NCBI RefSeq assembly: GCF_009914755.1
Contig: NC_060928.1
Origin: the human T2T-CHM13v2.0 reference genome, Homo sapiens
Length of the DNA stretch: 64,000 bases
Reading direction: 5' to 3' (one strand)
Part shown: positions 13,463-28,355 of the stretch, one piece after another
How the letters are laid out: each line of letters opens with the position of its first letter
Numbering within the stretch: the first letter of the stretch is position 1
Program-made: the position numbers and the translations under genes
Notes under the pieces: generated by a model
Seen by the model: only the letters and a program-made list of their open reading frames with translations
What the model was told of the DNA's origin: nothing
Database searches by the model: none

Positions 13463-15558
13463 AAATGACCATTTACTGAGTCAATGAATGATTTAGAGAC
13501 TAAATTGCTCATAGTATGAGATTGTATGACTTAATAGAAAGTCACCTTTCATTTGCTATGAATCCATACCCAACATTATATATTGATATAAAATTAGTAT
13601 TATATTTAATCAATTAAAATTGGGGCTTAAAAATTTAAGAGTAGTTTTCTAAACTTTGATTTTGTTTAACGATTATAAACAACCAAAAATTAAAATAACT
13701 GCATTTCACTGAAATTTTTTATTATGCAATTTGATGACAATCTGCAAGCCATTTAAATAGTTATGTTCAATGTGTATTTTATATTTTTGGTGGGTATTTA
13801 TATTTTTATCATTAAATAAATAAGCAACCATAAAATATCATTAATTGTTAAATTTATTTTAAATAGACATTATTATACACAAAAAAATAAGAAGTTTAAA
13901 TGTCTATGTCTAAGACTCTGCATTCATTTTTTTTCAGGCTCTTCCCTTGGCCTATTGTATTCTAAGTATGTAACTTTTCATGAGACTATAAACTAAAAAC
14001 AAAACATTTTTTATGAACAAAGAGATGTTATTGTTTACCAAATGTATGCTTCATTTATCACTTATGATTATTAAGTACTCTTTTAACATTTGTTCATTTT
14101 GTTGACATTACAAATACATTGTTAAACCAAACATTGTCTTATAAAGGGCAATCTTTCATATTGTTATGCCTTCAAATTAATGCTATGTCTCGTGTAAAAT
14201 ATTTACGTATAATGTACAAAACTAAGAACTTTCATTTTTAGTGTTACTCGCATTATAGAAGCCATTTATATAACATGACACAGTAATGTATGTTTACAAA
14301 GTGAAGATATGCCAAACATTTATGTCATGTTTACAGGGTTATCTGACTATGTAATGGAAAAACCCTGTCATAGCACATAATACCAGTGCTAGTTTCACTT
14401 TGCTATGAGGACCCAATTTCTGAATCTCCTGATTTATGTAAGCTTAAATATCTCAGCTTAACACTACCCTGATATAACTTTGTTACATTTAAATTTATAT
14501 GCATGTTATCTTCGTGGGGGTATGTGTGTGTGAATACATAGGTGTGTGCTTGCATTTGTAGGAGACCCATGATGCATACACAGCTGTGCACACCCATGCA
14601 AATCCACGTGTGGATTATCACCAGCAATTGCAGGGAAGATGATCTTATGAGAGTACTTGGATCCAAAGGTAGGTATGAAAGCTAAAATATCATGATTTTA
14701 AGAGAAGAATACCCTTATATGATGTTTTTACATATGGAACAGATTAATTATAGTAAGTTGGCAATAAATATATTCTTGGAATCGACTGTCAATCTACCAA
14801 ATTTTTATTAGCTTCATTAGACTTTGGTTTCAATTAGGATGCTTTGAGGGGGTACAGAGCCATAGCACCCCCCCAAAACTCAATTTTTTATCAAATATTT
14901 CAATATCTTCCAAAATTTGAACATTAATTCTAAAACTGTGTTTCAGTGATTGAATATGCCCTTGAATTAGAAATGTAATTTGTGAATCAGAGCCATGTGC
15001 TTCATTTTCCATCTAGTCACCAGCAAAGTATTGATAAAGAATTATAAAATTATAAGAAATCAATTTTTTTCTTAAGCAAATGTGTCATCATTTAAGTTTC
15101 TAAATGCCAATATGAACACAGCCTGGTGGGGAAAAATGCATTAGCATTAAGATTTTTATTTCAAATAACTTGCTTGTAGAACTGAAAAGTAAAATCTATA
15201 TTGTTATTCTGAAAAAGTAATAAAATTAGGCAATTTTTTAAAAAATGAAATTTGAACAAAAGCAGACTGAAGACCAGATTTTTTGATAAGGACATTGCTT
15301 ATGCAGTTTATTTCGACAAACATAGCCTGAGAGCCTACCAGAGTTAAGACTGCTCAAGTGGTGTCCAATCCAGGAGAGCACTTTATTACAAAGCTGAAGG
15401 AGAGAAAGAGAGTTTGGGGAGACTGAAATGGTCAAAAAATCACATACTCCTGGGGACTAAGAACTGATCTTGAAAACCAGTAGAGCAGCAATTCCCAACT
15501 TTTGATGTGTTTCAAAACCCTCCGGGGGACTTATACCAATAGAGAGGCCCCAGCCCTA

Positions 15559-15697
15559 TCCACTTTAAGGAGTATGGGACTAGGTTCTTTATTAGTTCTC
15601 CGAGTGATTTTGTTACACAACAACTTTGTCCACTTTAAGGTGTACGGGACTAGGTTCTTTTTGGTTCTCCGAGTGATTTTGTCACACAACAACTTTG
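15559..15697. repeat. Tandem duplication of about 70 bp inside a MER5-like element
   Basis: TCCACTTTAAGG...CACAACAACTTTG occurs at 15559-15628 and 15629-15697. Confidence 0.9.
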
Positions 15698-16550
15698 AAG
15701 AATGAATTCATTGGAGTGCATGTGCCCCATAAGAAGGTGGAGCAGAAATACCAGCATGAGAGTCTAAGAAGTGATTCGGTGGTTGACAGAGCACAATCAG
15801 CAATCTAGACAGGTCTTTAGACATGGGCACCAGTAAATATTTAGAGAAGGAGGAAGGATGCAATGGCAAAGTAGTCTAGTCAAAGATCAGGGAAGATATG
15901 GTAAAAAGAAAAGAAGGATTCAAGGCAGAGAATGGTCTAAGTACTAGAAAAGCTAAGGAGAACAGATCCACAGCTCCACTGCAAAAGCTAACTTGAGAAA
16001 GAAGGCAATTTCTTCCATTGAGGAAGAACAAGAAGAGGATAAATAAAGACAGCAAGTTTGAGAAGGCAGGTAGAGAATATTAAGGGAATTGTGTAAATTA
16101 TTTTTCTTATCTGCTGAAGGTGAAAGTAGAAGTGTGTCAATTGTTAAGAGACAGTAGAAGCAGAATATGAGTGTATGTGCAAGAAGTTGCAACAAGAATA
16201 GTGAAAACAATATAAAAATTTGAGGGATCCTATTCTTTGTGATAGTGAAAAAATTACATTAAACATTTTATGCCATGTCTAAAATTTACTGAAATGGAAG
16301 GGACATTCAATAAATTTAGCTTTGTTCTCAGTTATAAAGAATCGAAATTGAAACTTTTCATCCTGATTGATTTTTGGAGTCATCATCTTAGATTTGTTCT
16401 CAGATAATTAACTCTTACAGTTGTTGGATGCCAACCCTATGGTTTTATGCATAAGTTTCATAAAATGAGCAAGAAAAGGAAGTATTGGTTAGAATTTGTA
16501 TATTAAGTTCAAGTAAATAGCAATAATAGGGATAAGAGTTAAGGAATAAC

Positions 16551-16585
<35 letters not shown>

Positions 16586-17504
16586 TATATTTCTTATTTC
16601 ATATTCCTTAGTGGCAGTTGACCATCAAAGCTGATATAAGCATTTTGTTTGCTTAGGTCTCACCTGGGGAGAGGAGGAGATGGAAATTTCAATAATCAGC
16701 TTTGGAGTCTCAAAATGAGGATTTCCATATAAAGGAAAATTTTCATCAAAATGATAGTGTCCCAGTTGCTTTGAGAAAATAATAGTTTTTCAATATTGTT
16801 TGCCTGTTACTTTAACATAAGAAAAGCTGGGATAGAATTCTGCTCTATGGTAGTGGAAGAGAGAACTCAGGTTTTGATATGAACATGAAGTAATGTGGAA
16901 ATCTCCAACTTCAAGTCCCAGGGAACAATGTGAAGAAAAAAAGGACAGAAAATGGAAACAGGAGTAAAAAGGGGATAAGTACGTGAACAGAAGAATGAAA
17001 CTTCTGTGTTCTTCATTCTCAGGCTGGAATTTTAGAGTTGGACTGAGAAAGTTTAAAGGGAAACCAAAAAGCAAAGCAGAATTTCTCATTTGGGAATCTA
17101 CGAGGTGTCTGCTTTACACGATTCTCTGTTTATTAACAGATAAAGCAAAATTTCAGTAAAATTGACAGCTCTACGTAATCGGGCAGATGCAGTGCATATG
17201 ATTATTTCCTAATACACACACACTCTTGAGTGGCACAGAAAAGTCCAAAGGCCACAAATGTCCTGAGGTAATAGCTGGGCTTGTGAGTTTAGAAGGGGGC
17301 CAGGAGATAGAGCAACCAGCTTGAAATGATCCTGTCGAAAAGGTACACAGCAGCACAGCAGAAGCCCAAAATAATCACACTAGAACCTCAGAACTAGAAT
17401 TTATTCTGTCCAGAATTAAGATGGGGCTAATATTGACTAATATTAGTATTAATTAAGATGGAGCTAATACTGACTAATGGGGGTAACTAATGAGTTCTAA
17501 CCAA

Positions 17505-18800
17505 ATACTCAGTAAATATTTATTGGTTATGTACTATGTACCATGAATTATTCTAAAATTGGGGATACAGCAATAAACAAATCAAAGTCTTCCTCCAACC
17601 ATGGAACTTACATGCCAGTGGTAGGAAACAGACAATTTACATTATTGTGTATGTGTTACTAAAATTTTGTAAGAAAAAGTGATGATTGAGGAGTGGAGCT
17701 TTCAATCTAACAAGAAAGACATCTGCAATAATGTTACATTTGACTGTATACTTTCAGGAGATAAGAAAGTCACAATGGTAACTGTGGCAAAATCATTTTA
17801 GGCAGAGAAAAAAGCAAAATCTCTTAGACAATAACTTCTTGGCCTATTGGAGGAGTAGCAGGAGACTTAATGTGCCCAGAGATTAGAGAGATTATGAGGG
17901 GAAGTGGTGAGAACTGAAGTCAGAAATGTATCAGAGGACCAGATGGTGCAAGCCTCTGTAGGCGTCTGTAAGGGTATTAGCTTCTATGCTGGAGTGAAGT
18001 GGGAAGCCATTAGAGGATTTTGATCAGAAAAGCGGTATAAATTTACATACATTTTAAAACAATCATTCTGGCTACTCTGTAAGAATAACCTGTGGTGACA
18101 GTGGAAATAAGGAGACTGGTCATATTGTAATTATTAGTCAATAGATGACAGTGGCTTGGATCACATTGGTAGGGGTAGAGGTAGTGAGAAGCTATCAGAG
18201 TTTTGACAAATTTTAATAGTAAAGCCAACTGGATTTGATGACAGATTGGATATGATGTGTAAGGAAAATGCAGAAATCAATATGACTCCAATGTTTTTGG
18301 CACAAGCAACTGGGGAAGTATGTTAGTTCATTCTATGTTGCTGTAACATAATATCCAAGACTGGGTAATTTATAGTGAACAAAAATATTATTTTTCAAGG
18401 CTATAGAGGCTGGGAAGTCAAGATTGAAGGACCCACATCTACTGAGAGCCTTTTTGCTGTGTCATCAAATGGCAGAAAGCAGAAGGGCAAGAGAACAGGT
18501 GCGCATGAGAGAGAAAGAAGGGAAAGAAAGTGGGGCAGACTCATCCTTTTATCAGGAATCTATTCCTGTGATAACTAACTCTCTCTAACAATAATGGCAT
18601 TACTCCATTCATGAGGGCAGGACCCTCATGATTCAATCACCTCTTAAAGCTCCCACCTCTCAAGACTATTACATTGGAGATTACGTTTCCAACACATGAC
18701 CTTTGGGAACCATATTCAAACCATAGCAGGGAGATTATGATAGGAATATATTTCAGAGAGGGTGAGTGGGTGTAGGGGAAGTAAGAGTTTTCAGTGTATA
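17505..18800 (-). mobile_element. L2 LINE 3' portion, interrupted by an MST LTR
   Basis: CAGTAAATATTTATTGGTTATGTACTATGTACCA is the L2 3' end; GGGAAGCCATTAGAGGATTTTGA and ATCATTCTGGCT are typical of the L2a body. Confidence 0.7.
18318..18728 (-). mobile_element. MSTC/MSTD-like solo LTR
   Basis: AGACTGGGTAATTTATAGTGAAC...CATTCATGAGGGCAGGACCCTCATGA...ATTCAAACCATAGCA. Confidence 0.8.
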
Positions 18801-19811
18801 TTTATCCTTTGATATCAGTAGCTACATATTCATCATTTGACACCAAAAAGAGGCAAAGCTAATAATTGTACAAGGGATATTTTGATGAAGTTGGAAGGAG
18901 CCAGAATATATATAAGGATGTATTGTAGATTTGATGGTCTAATTCATCTCAAACATACAAAGTGAAATAGATATGTCTCCCTGATTTTTTCAGATACTGT
19001 TTGATAGGAGCATAAGAGGTGTGGAAAATTAAAACAGTGGACATGTAGATATCCATAAGGTATTATACATTACATAGTATATATCCATATACCATTTAAT
19101 AGTCTGAATAAATATTGGAGTAGACTGCATTTACCTTTAATGCCTTTGTAGGAACTTTTAGAAGTCACATGTTACATTCCATTCTGCAAAATAAAATTTA
19201 GCTTATGTATTTTCTGTAACAGACCTCATCTTTCTTTTGTACTTCCACACCAATAGATAGTAGGGAAAACTCACATTTTTTATATTAGCAAAATATTCCT
19301 ATGTTATTGTATCTGCTTTCTGTTAGTTAGTAAATTAAGCCAAATGGGAAAGCCAGTATTTTTACTTTGACTAGCTAAAAATTATAAAATACTAGTAAAA
19401 CCTGCTACTCAATATAAGAACATTTTTCTTGTTGCTAGTTCATGAATATACAGTGATAATACTGACAAGATTGAGAAGGACTAAAAGAGGAAAAGGAAGA
19501 GTGAAAGAATAGAAAAATAAAGCAAGATGGTAGGTTTCTTAGAATAAATTATTTTCATCTTCCATACATGCATCAATGTTTATTGAGAATGAACCATTTA
19601 CAGTACAGATACTCAAATATTATGATAAATAAACTAGAGCCATTTCCTGCTTTCTTAGCACTGAGTTATTTTGCCAGTAAATACTAAGGTAAATACTAAG
19701 GAGGTAAATAAAGAATTATATCAGAGATGATTATTATGAAAATATAATTTAGTAAGGGTGATAGAGGAACTGTAAGGCAGAGAAGAAATTCTTTTAGATA
19801 AGATTGTTAGA

Positions 19812-20288
<477 letters not shown>

Positions 20289-20619
20289 TTACTTTATTGT
20301 CATTCAAAGAACATAAAAATTTACCTTCTCCATTATTATATTTTATATAAAGCTATATTATTAGTGATTTTTCTGAAATGAGTATCTTTCTTTAGTCATG
20401 AAGGAAAATATTTTCTAAAACTCGTTCATGAATAAGACAAACGCCAATTGTTTGAATTATAAACAAATACATGTTAAATTAATAAAGGTTTTTAAAACTT
20501 TTTGATATAGCTTTGGATTCTGCTCATTAATTTATTTAACAGTGAAAATTATTGAATTCATAAAAATTAGGTTATATTTATGAATATTTATTTATTTGTT
20601 TAATCATTATTTAATTATG

Positions 20620-20795
20620 TTTAGCGATAAGGTTTCAGTCTATCATCTGGGTTGGCATGCAGGCACATGCCACCATACCCAGCTAATTTTATGGAGATCA
20701 GGTCTTGCTATGTTGCCCAGGATGCTATGGAACTCAAGTTATTCTCTTGTCTTGGCCTCCTAAAGTGCTGGGATTACAGGTATGAGTCACTGTAT
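20620..20795 (-). mobile_element. Degraded, internally deleted AluJ
   Basis: GGTCTTGCTATGTTGCCCAGG...CTTGGCCTCCTAAAGTGCTGGGATTACAGG. Confidence 0.75.
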
Positions 20796-21405
20796 TTATA
20801 ATTATAACCTTTATTTACAATTTCGTTGTTCTAGGCTATGTTGGGGAAATACAGTGACAATGACAATAATTACTAAAAGTAAAGGGATTATACAAATCAT
20901 TATCATAACTAAGACTTGATAGTCAAATAAGGCATTATTATTACACTGGGACAACAGGTAACAATTCTCAGCGTAGTTAACCTGAGAGGTAAGAGGGCTT
21001 TCCTCAGTGTGGTCAGCCTAGCTATAAAAGTATAGAAGTATTCAGATATGAGCAATTATTTTCAAAGAGATTTGTAGCTGAATCAATATATATTTTCTAT
21101 CAGGTATTAAGTCACTATAATGGGAATCTGTCACAGTCTGAATAAAACTGTATTATTGAAAATTCTATAAAATAACATAAATTGCTGTGAAATGTTATCT
21201 TAGTTAACACAACACCACAGACCAGGAAATTGATAATGAACAGAAATGTATTAGCTCATGGTCTGGAGGCTGGGAAGTCCAACATCAAGTGATTGGCATA
21301 TGGTGAGAGCCTTCTTGCTGTGTCATTCCATGACAAAGGGAAAAGAGAAGGTGAGAGAGAGGCAAAAGCAGGCCAAATTCATCCTTTTATTAGGAATCCA
21401 CTTCT

Positions 21406-21712
21406 TTTTTTGTTTTTTTGTTTGTTTTTTGAGACAGAGTTTCGCTCAGTTGCCCAGGTTAGAGTGAAGTGGTGTGATCTTGGCTCACTGCAACCTCTGC
21501 CCTCTGGGTTCAAGTGATTCTCCTGCCTCAGTCTCCCAAGTAGCTGGGATTTTAGGAGCCACCACCATGCCTGGCTAATTTTCATAATTTTAGTAAAGAT
21601 TGTGGTTTCACCATCTTGGCCAGTCTGGCCTTGAACTCCTGACCTCAGGTGATCTACCTGCCTTGGGCTCCCAAAGTGCTAGGATTACAGGCATAAGCCA
21701 CCGTGCCTGGCC
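21406..21712 (-). mobile_element. AluS inserted in the MST 3' LTR
   Basis: Full reverse Alu; TSD AGGAATCCACTTCT. Confidence 0.93.
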
Positions 21713-23048
21713 TAAGGAATCCACTTCTGTGATAACTGCATTAATCCTTTCATGACAGCAGAGACCTCATGGCCAGGCCATGAGGCCATGATTGGCATGA
21801 ATGAATGCCCATCTCTTAATGCTGTCACAATGGAAATAAAACTTCAACATAAGTTTTGGAGGTGACATTCAAACCACAGCATTCTGTCCCTAGATCCTAA
21901 AAATGAATGTCCTTTTCATACAAATTCAGTTTTCCCATTCCAATAGCCCCCCAAAGTATTAACTAGTTCTAGCATCAACTCAAAAGACCAGTCAAGTCCA
22001 AAGTTTCGTCTAAAGCAGATATGGGTGAGACTCAAGGCACAATTCATCCTGAAGCAAATTCCTCTCTTGCTGTGAGTCTGTGAAATTAAAAGAAGTTATC
22101 TACCTGCAAAATACAATGATGGGACAGGCATAGGACAGATATTCCTATTCCAAAAGGGAGTAATAGACAAAGAAAAGGAGGAAACAGGCCACAAGTAGGT
22201 CTAAAACACAAGAGGGTAAACAATATCAAAACTTAAGTCTCCAGAATAATTTTTCTTGACTCCATGTCCTGCGTCCTGGACACACTGGGGCAGGGGTTGG
22301 GATCCCATGACCTTGGATAGCCCCATGCCTATGGCTTTGCTATAGTCAGCCCATGCAGCAGTTCTAGAGTTGGAGTCATATTCCTGTAGCTTTTCCACGC
22401 TGATGTTGCACATGGGTAGCTCTAAAGTTTTAGGGACTCTGTTGCAGCTGTAATCCCAGAGTTCTTGGACATTGTCATAATCAGGGCTCTCCGTTGTGGC
22501 CCCAACCCTATAGTTCCTTTGGGTATTGCCCTAGTTGGGGCTTTCTGTGGTGGCTCTGCCCTTGCAAAAAGTCTCTGCCTGGGCCACTAAGGTTTTGGAG
22601 CATCCTTTGAAATCTAGGTGGAGGAAGTCATGCCACATAGCTCTTGCCTTCTGTGCACCTGCATAATTAGCACTATGTGCATGTCACCAAAGCTTATCCT
22701 TTGCACCCTCTGGAGCAATGCACTGATCTGCAACTGTGTTGGCTTGAGCCTTGTCTGGGACATTGAGGTACACTGCACCGGAATGCAGAGAGCAGAGTTG
22801 TGAGGTGGCTCTGGGAATCCCTGAAAACGATTCTGGCTTCCCCTGAAACTATTCTGCTTCTTACAACTCTGGGTTTGTGATGAGAGGGGAACTTTAAAAA
22901 TCTCTAAAATGTGTTCAGGGTAATTATCTCATAGTTTTGATGACTAGCATCTGGCTTTATTCTATCTATACTAATTCCCTTATGAAAGGGTTGCTTGGTC
23001 ACACCCTTGGTATTTTTTCTCAAACAGGGATTTTTATTGTTTAGATGG

Positions 23049-23424
23049 TGTATTAGTCCATTCTGATGCTGCCAATAAAGATATACCTGAGGCTGGGTAA
23101 TTTATAAAGGAAAGAGGTTTAATTGACACATAGTTCAGCATGTCTGGGGAGGCCTCAGGACACTTACAATCATGGCAGAAGGGGAAGCAAACATGTCCTT
23201 CTTCACATGGTGGCAGGAAGGAGAAGTGCCAAGCAAAAGGGGGAAGTGCTCCTTATAAAATCATCAGATCTCATGAGAACTCACTCACTATCACACAAAT
23301 AGCACGAAGGTAAACACCCCCGTGATTCAATTACCTCCCACCGGGTACCTCTCATGACACATGGGGATTATGGGAACTATAATTCGAGATGAGATTTAGA
23401 TGGGGACACAGCCAAACCATATCA
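23049..23424 (-). mobile_element. THE1B/C solo LTR inserted in MST-int
   Basis: TGTATTAGTCCATT...GGGGACACAGCCAAACCATATCA; perfect TSD GATGG. Confidence 0.92.
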
Positions 23425-23856
23425 GATGGCCAGGCTGGGGAAGTTCTAAATTTTTACATTTTGCTTCCCCATTAATTGCAAATTCTGTTTTTAAATTTCT
23501 TCTTGCATGTTACTATATACAGTTAAAATAAGTCATACAGCATGCTTACTGCTTTGCTACTTAGATATGTCTTCTGCCAGAAACTCTAGTTTATCATTCT
23601 TAAATTCTGTCTTCTATAAAGCCCTCAGGCATGAACACAATTCAGTTAAATTCTTTGCCACTTTATAAAAAAGGATGCCTTTTACTCTATTTTCCAATAC
23701 CTTGTTACTCATTTCCTTCTGAGATTTCATCAGAATTGTTTTTATCATCCATATATATATGTATATATGTGGATGAATAAATAGAATAAATATATATTTA
23801 TATACTATATTATATAAAATTATATATCACATTATCAAATTATATATATATACAGA

Positions 23857-24142
23857 TTTTTAGAGACAGAGTCTCACTGTGTCACTCAGGCTGGAGTGCA
23901 GTGGTGCAATCATAGCTCACTCTAACCTCAAACTCCTGGGCTCAAGTGATCCTCCTGCCTCAGCCTCCTGAATAGTAGGACTACAGGTGTGTGCCACAAT
24001 ACCCAGCTATTTTTTTTTAATTTGTAGAGAGGGAGACTCACTATGTTGCCCAGATTGGACTTGAACTCCTGGCCTCAAAGACACCTCCTGCCTCAGCCTC
24101 CTAAAGTGCTGTGATTACAGGGGTGAACCACTGTGCCCAGCC
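23857..24142 (-). mobile_element. AluJ with TA-rich decayed tail (about 23750-23856)
   Basis: GCAATCATAGCTCAC...CTCCTGGGCTCAAGTGATCCTCC are J-type features. Confidence 0.9.
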
Positions 24143-25929
24143 TAACATTTATATTTCTACCAGTATTTTGATGATAGCAACTTAAGTGATCCCTAAGAAG
24201 TTTCACACTTTTCCTACAGTTCTCTTCCGAGCCTTCATCAGAATCATCCTTAATGCTCCATTAATGGCAATCTAGGCTTTTTCTAGCCTGCTCCTCCAAA
24301 TTCTTTTAGCTTCCACTCATTACCCAGTTTCATAGCCACTTGCACATTTTCAGGTATTTATTACAGTACTTTCCCACTTCCTTTGTAACAATTTTCTGTA
24401 TTTGTCCATTTTGTGCAGCTATAAAAGAATACCATTGACCAGGTCATTTATAGTGAACATAAATGTATTGCCTCATGGTTCTGAAGCTGGGAAGTCCAAG
24501 CTCAAAGGGCTGGCATCAGGTGAGGGCCTGCTTGTTGTATCATCCCATGACGATGATAGAAGAGCAAGGAGAGGGTGACAGAGAGATAAAAAGGGGGCAA
24601 ACTCTTCTTTTTATATTTAACCCACTCCTGCAATGAGGAACACATACCTGCAATAACAGCATTAATTCATTCATGACGGCAGAGCCCTCATGACCTAATC
24701 ACCTCTTAAAGGTTTCACCTCTTAATACTATTAAAATGGCAATTAAATTTTAACATGAATTTTAGAGGAGACATTTAAATCATAGCATACGTATAAAATG
24801 GGAGTTATATGTCCTCATACAAAAATGACCTTGCCTTTAAAATCTTAGAGACACAATTTACTTATTTGATTGACTTGGATGTTGATTATTTATAGTTTCT
24901 ATGTGTAATTAACAATTTCTGTTCCAGAATTATTGCCAACTTCCAAAGAGCACACCTGTGTGTTTTAAACCTCTAAAATTATATTTGTTTTGTGTAGAAA
25001 TATTTTTTACTAGAAAAAACATCTTGAAAAGTTTCAGCCTCTTTCACACCTTCTGAATGATAAAATAGAGATTCAGTAGATGTGTTGGAATATAGCTTTA
25101 TATAATCAGCAGTCATTTTGTTTCTGGCTTATTATAAAAGTAAGGCTATTGCAGATGGACTAACACTATTTCTTAACCAAGCCAGATTGGGGAAAATGAA
25201 ATTTGGCTGATGATCAGAACCAGTGAAAGAAGAATTTTTATTAATTAGGCCAGATGGAAACCAATAATAGCAATATTGTGGAAAAGAGTTAAATTGAATA
25301 AATAGTTGCTAATTAACATGACTCTAATGTTTCTGAGATTAGAATACTTTTACTGTATAAAAAGTTTACTTCTTGAAATCAAGTTCTTTCTGTGATTTTG
25401 CTGCTAGATTAATTTTCTTTGGTGTAAGGATATCAAACCATTTAATTTTCTCAAATTTTGTGGCAGCCATAATGGAATGATTCCTTTAGTTTTAAAATAC
25501 AATAAAAAATATGTATTAAGTATGTACTGGGTGCCAGGTAATTACTGCAAACAACGCTAACTTAAATGTTCTCCAGGAGCTTAGAACTGTAGGTTACTGC
25601 AAATTTTAAGAGACAGAGAATTTAGACTCTTTTTTAAAAAGTAATTGCTACTATTCATAATTATTTTTAATATAGAAACAATTGATCTATGTAGAATATG
25701 TATATTATATATTAATTAACTCAATATATGGCTTGGTGTACACAGCAAAAGCACCTGTACAAGTCTAATTTGTTGTTCTGAAAGCTTTAGTTTCTTTCTT
25801 TCTTTTCCCCTCCCTCCCTTCCTTCCTTCTTTCTTTTTTCTTCCCCCCCACTCCCTTCCTTCCATCCTTCCTTCCTTCCTTTTCCCTCCCTCCCTCCCTC
25901 CCTTCCTTCCTTCCTTCTCTCCTCCCTCT

Positions 25930-26962
<1,033 letters not shown>

Positions 26963-27902
26963 CTTCCTTCCTCCCTCCTTTCTTTCCTTTCTTCCTCCCT
27001 CACTCCTTTCCTTTCTCCCTTCCTATCTTCCTTCTTTCCCTTTTTCCTTTTTCTTTCCTTCTTTCTTTTCTCTTTCTATTCATTTATTTTGCTAAAGAAA
27101 ATCGAGTGTCTGCAGAACGAAAAAAAGATTTCTTGAAATACTGGCAATAAGGGTCCTATCTGCATGAGAACTACAGGTCACACAAGAGGAATTCTAATGA
27201 TAATTTTAGAATTCGTGGTTAAGTCCTCTGTTACCAGGAAGAAGGTGTTTCAGCCAAAAGGGAAGTTGATTACTGTTACTCTAGTTCTGAGAAGATTTAT
27301 CTGGAGGTGAAAGAAGATGAGAGATACAATGCATTCTGAGGCAGGTGTGGGAGTAGGAATGGATATCTAGTAATATACAAGCTGGTGCTACCCTAACAGA
27401 GGCAGCTGTAGAATGAAATAATCTTCGAGAGCCAAACATGTATATTCACTCAAAGACCAGACCATCTGAGGTGAGCTGGAAACCTGGTTTAAAAAAGAAA
27501 TTGTTGTCCTCATTAGTGAAACCAACCATTCCTTGCTGTAGTTTGTCTCTTCAGTTTGTTGATTGTATCCTTTGCCGTGCAGAAGCTTTTCAACTTGATG
27601 TAATCCAATTTGTATATTTTTGCTTTGGTTCCCTGTGCTTATGGGGTATTACTCCAAGAAATTTTTGCCTAAACCAATGCCCTGAAGTGTTTCCACAGTG
27701 TTTTATTTTAGTAGTTTCATAGTTTAAGTTCTCAGATTTAAGTCTTTGTTCTTGATTTTTGTTTATATAGAAAGATAGAGGTCTAGTTTCATCATTCTGC
27801 ATATGGATATTGAGCTTTCCCAGCACCATTTATTAAAGACATTTTTCCCCAGGGTATGGTCTTGGTACCTTTGTTGAAAATGAGTTCGTTGCAGGTGTGT
27901 GG

Positions 27903-28355
27903 TTTCACGTGCATCCGTGTGAAGAGACCACCAAACAGGCTTTGTGTGAGCAACATGGCTGTTTATTTCACCTGGGTGCAGGCGGGCTGAGTCTGAAAAG
28001 AGAGTCAGTGAAGGGAGATAGGGGTGGGGCCATTTTATAGGATTTGGGTAGGTAAAGGAAAATTACAGTCAAAGGGGGGTTGTTTTCTGGCGGGCAGGAG
28101 TGGGGGTCGCAAGGTGCTCAGTGGGGGTGCTTTTTGAGCCAGGATGAGCCAGGAAAAGGACTTTCACAAGGTAATGTCATCAGTTAAGGCAAGGACCGGC
28201 CATTTACACTTCTTTTGTGGTGGAATGTCATCAGTTAAGGTGGGGCAGGGCATATTCACTTCTTTTGTGATTCTTCAGTTACTTCAGGCCATCTGGGCGT
28301 ATACGTGCCAGTCACAGGGGATGCGATGGCTTGGCTTGGGCTCAGAGGCCTGACA
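27903..28355 (-). mobile_element. HERV-H 3' LTR (LTR7)
   Basis: Reverse strand TGTCAGGCCTCTGAGCCCAAGCC...GAAATAAACAGCCATGTTGC...GTGAAA; preceded by the PPT ATAAGAAGGCAGGAA (28356-28370). Confidence 0.97.

Larger units (their letters stand above)
21196..24787 (-). mobile_element. Two-LTR MST (MaLR) retrotransposon: 3'LTR 21196-21881, internal 21882-24396, 5'LTR 24397-24787
   Basis: Two similar MSTC/D-type LTRs flank MST-int sequence (GCAAAATACAATGATGGGACAGGCATAGG; plus-strand junction ...ACAATTTTC|TGTA); decayed TSD AATGT/TACGT. Confidence 0.82.
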
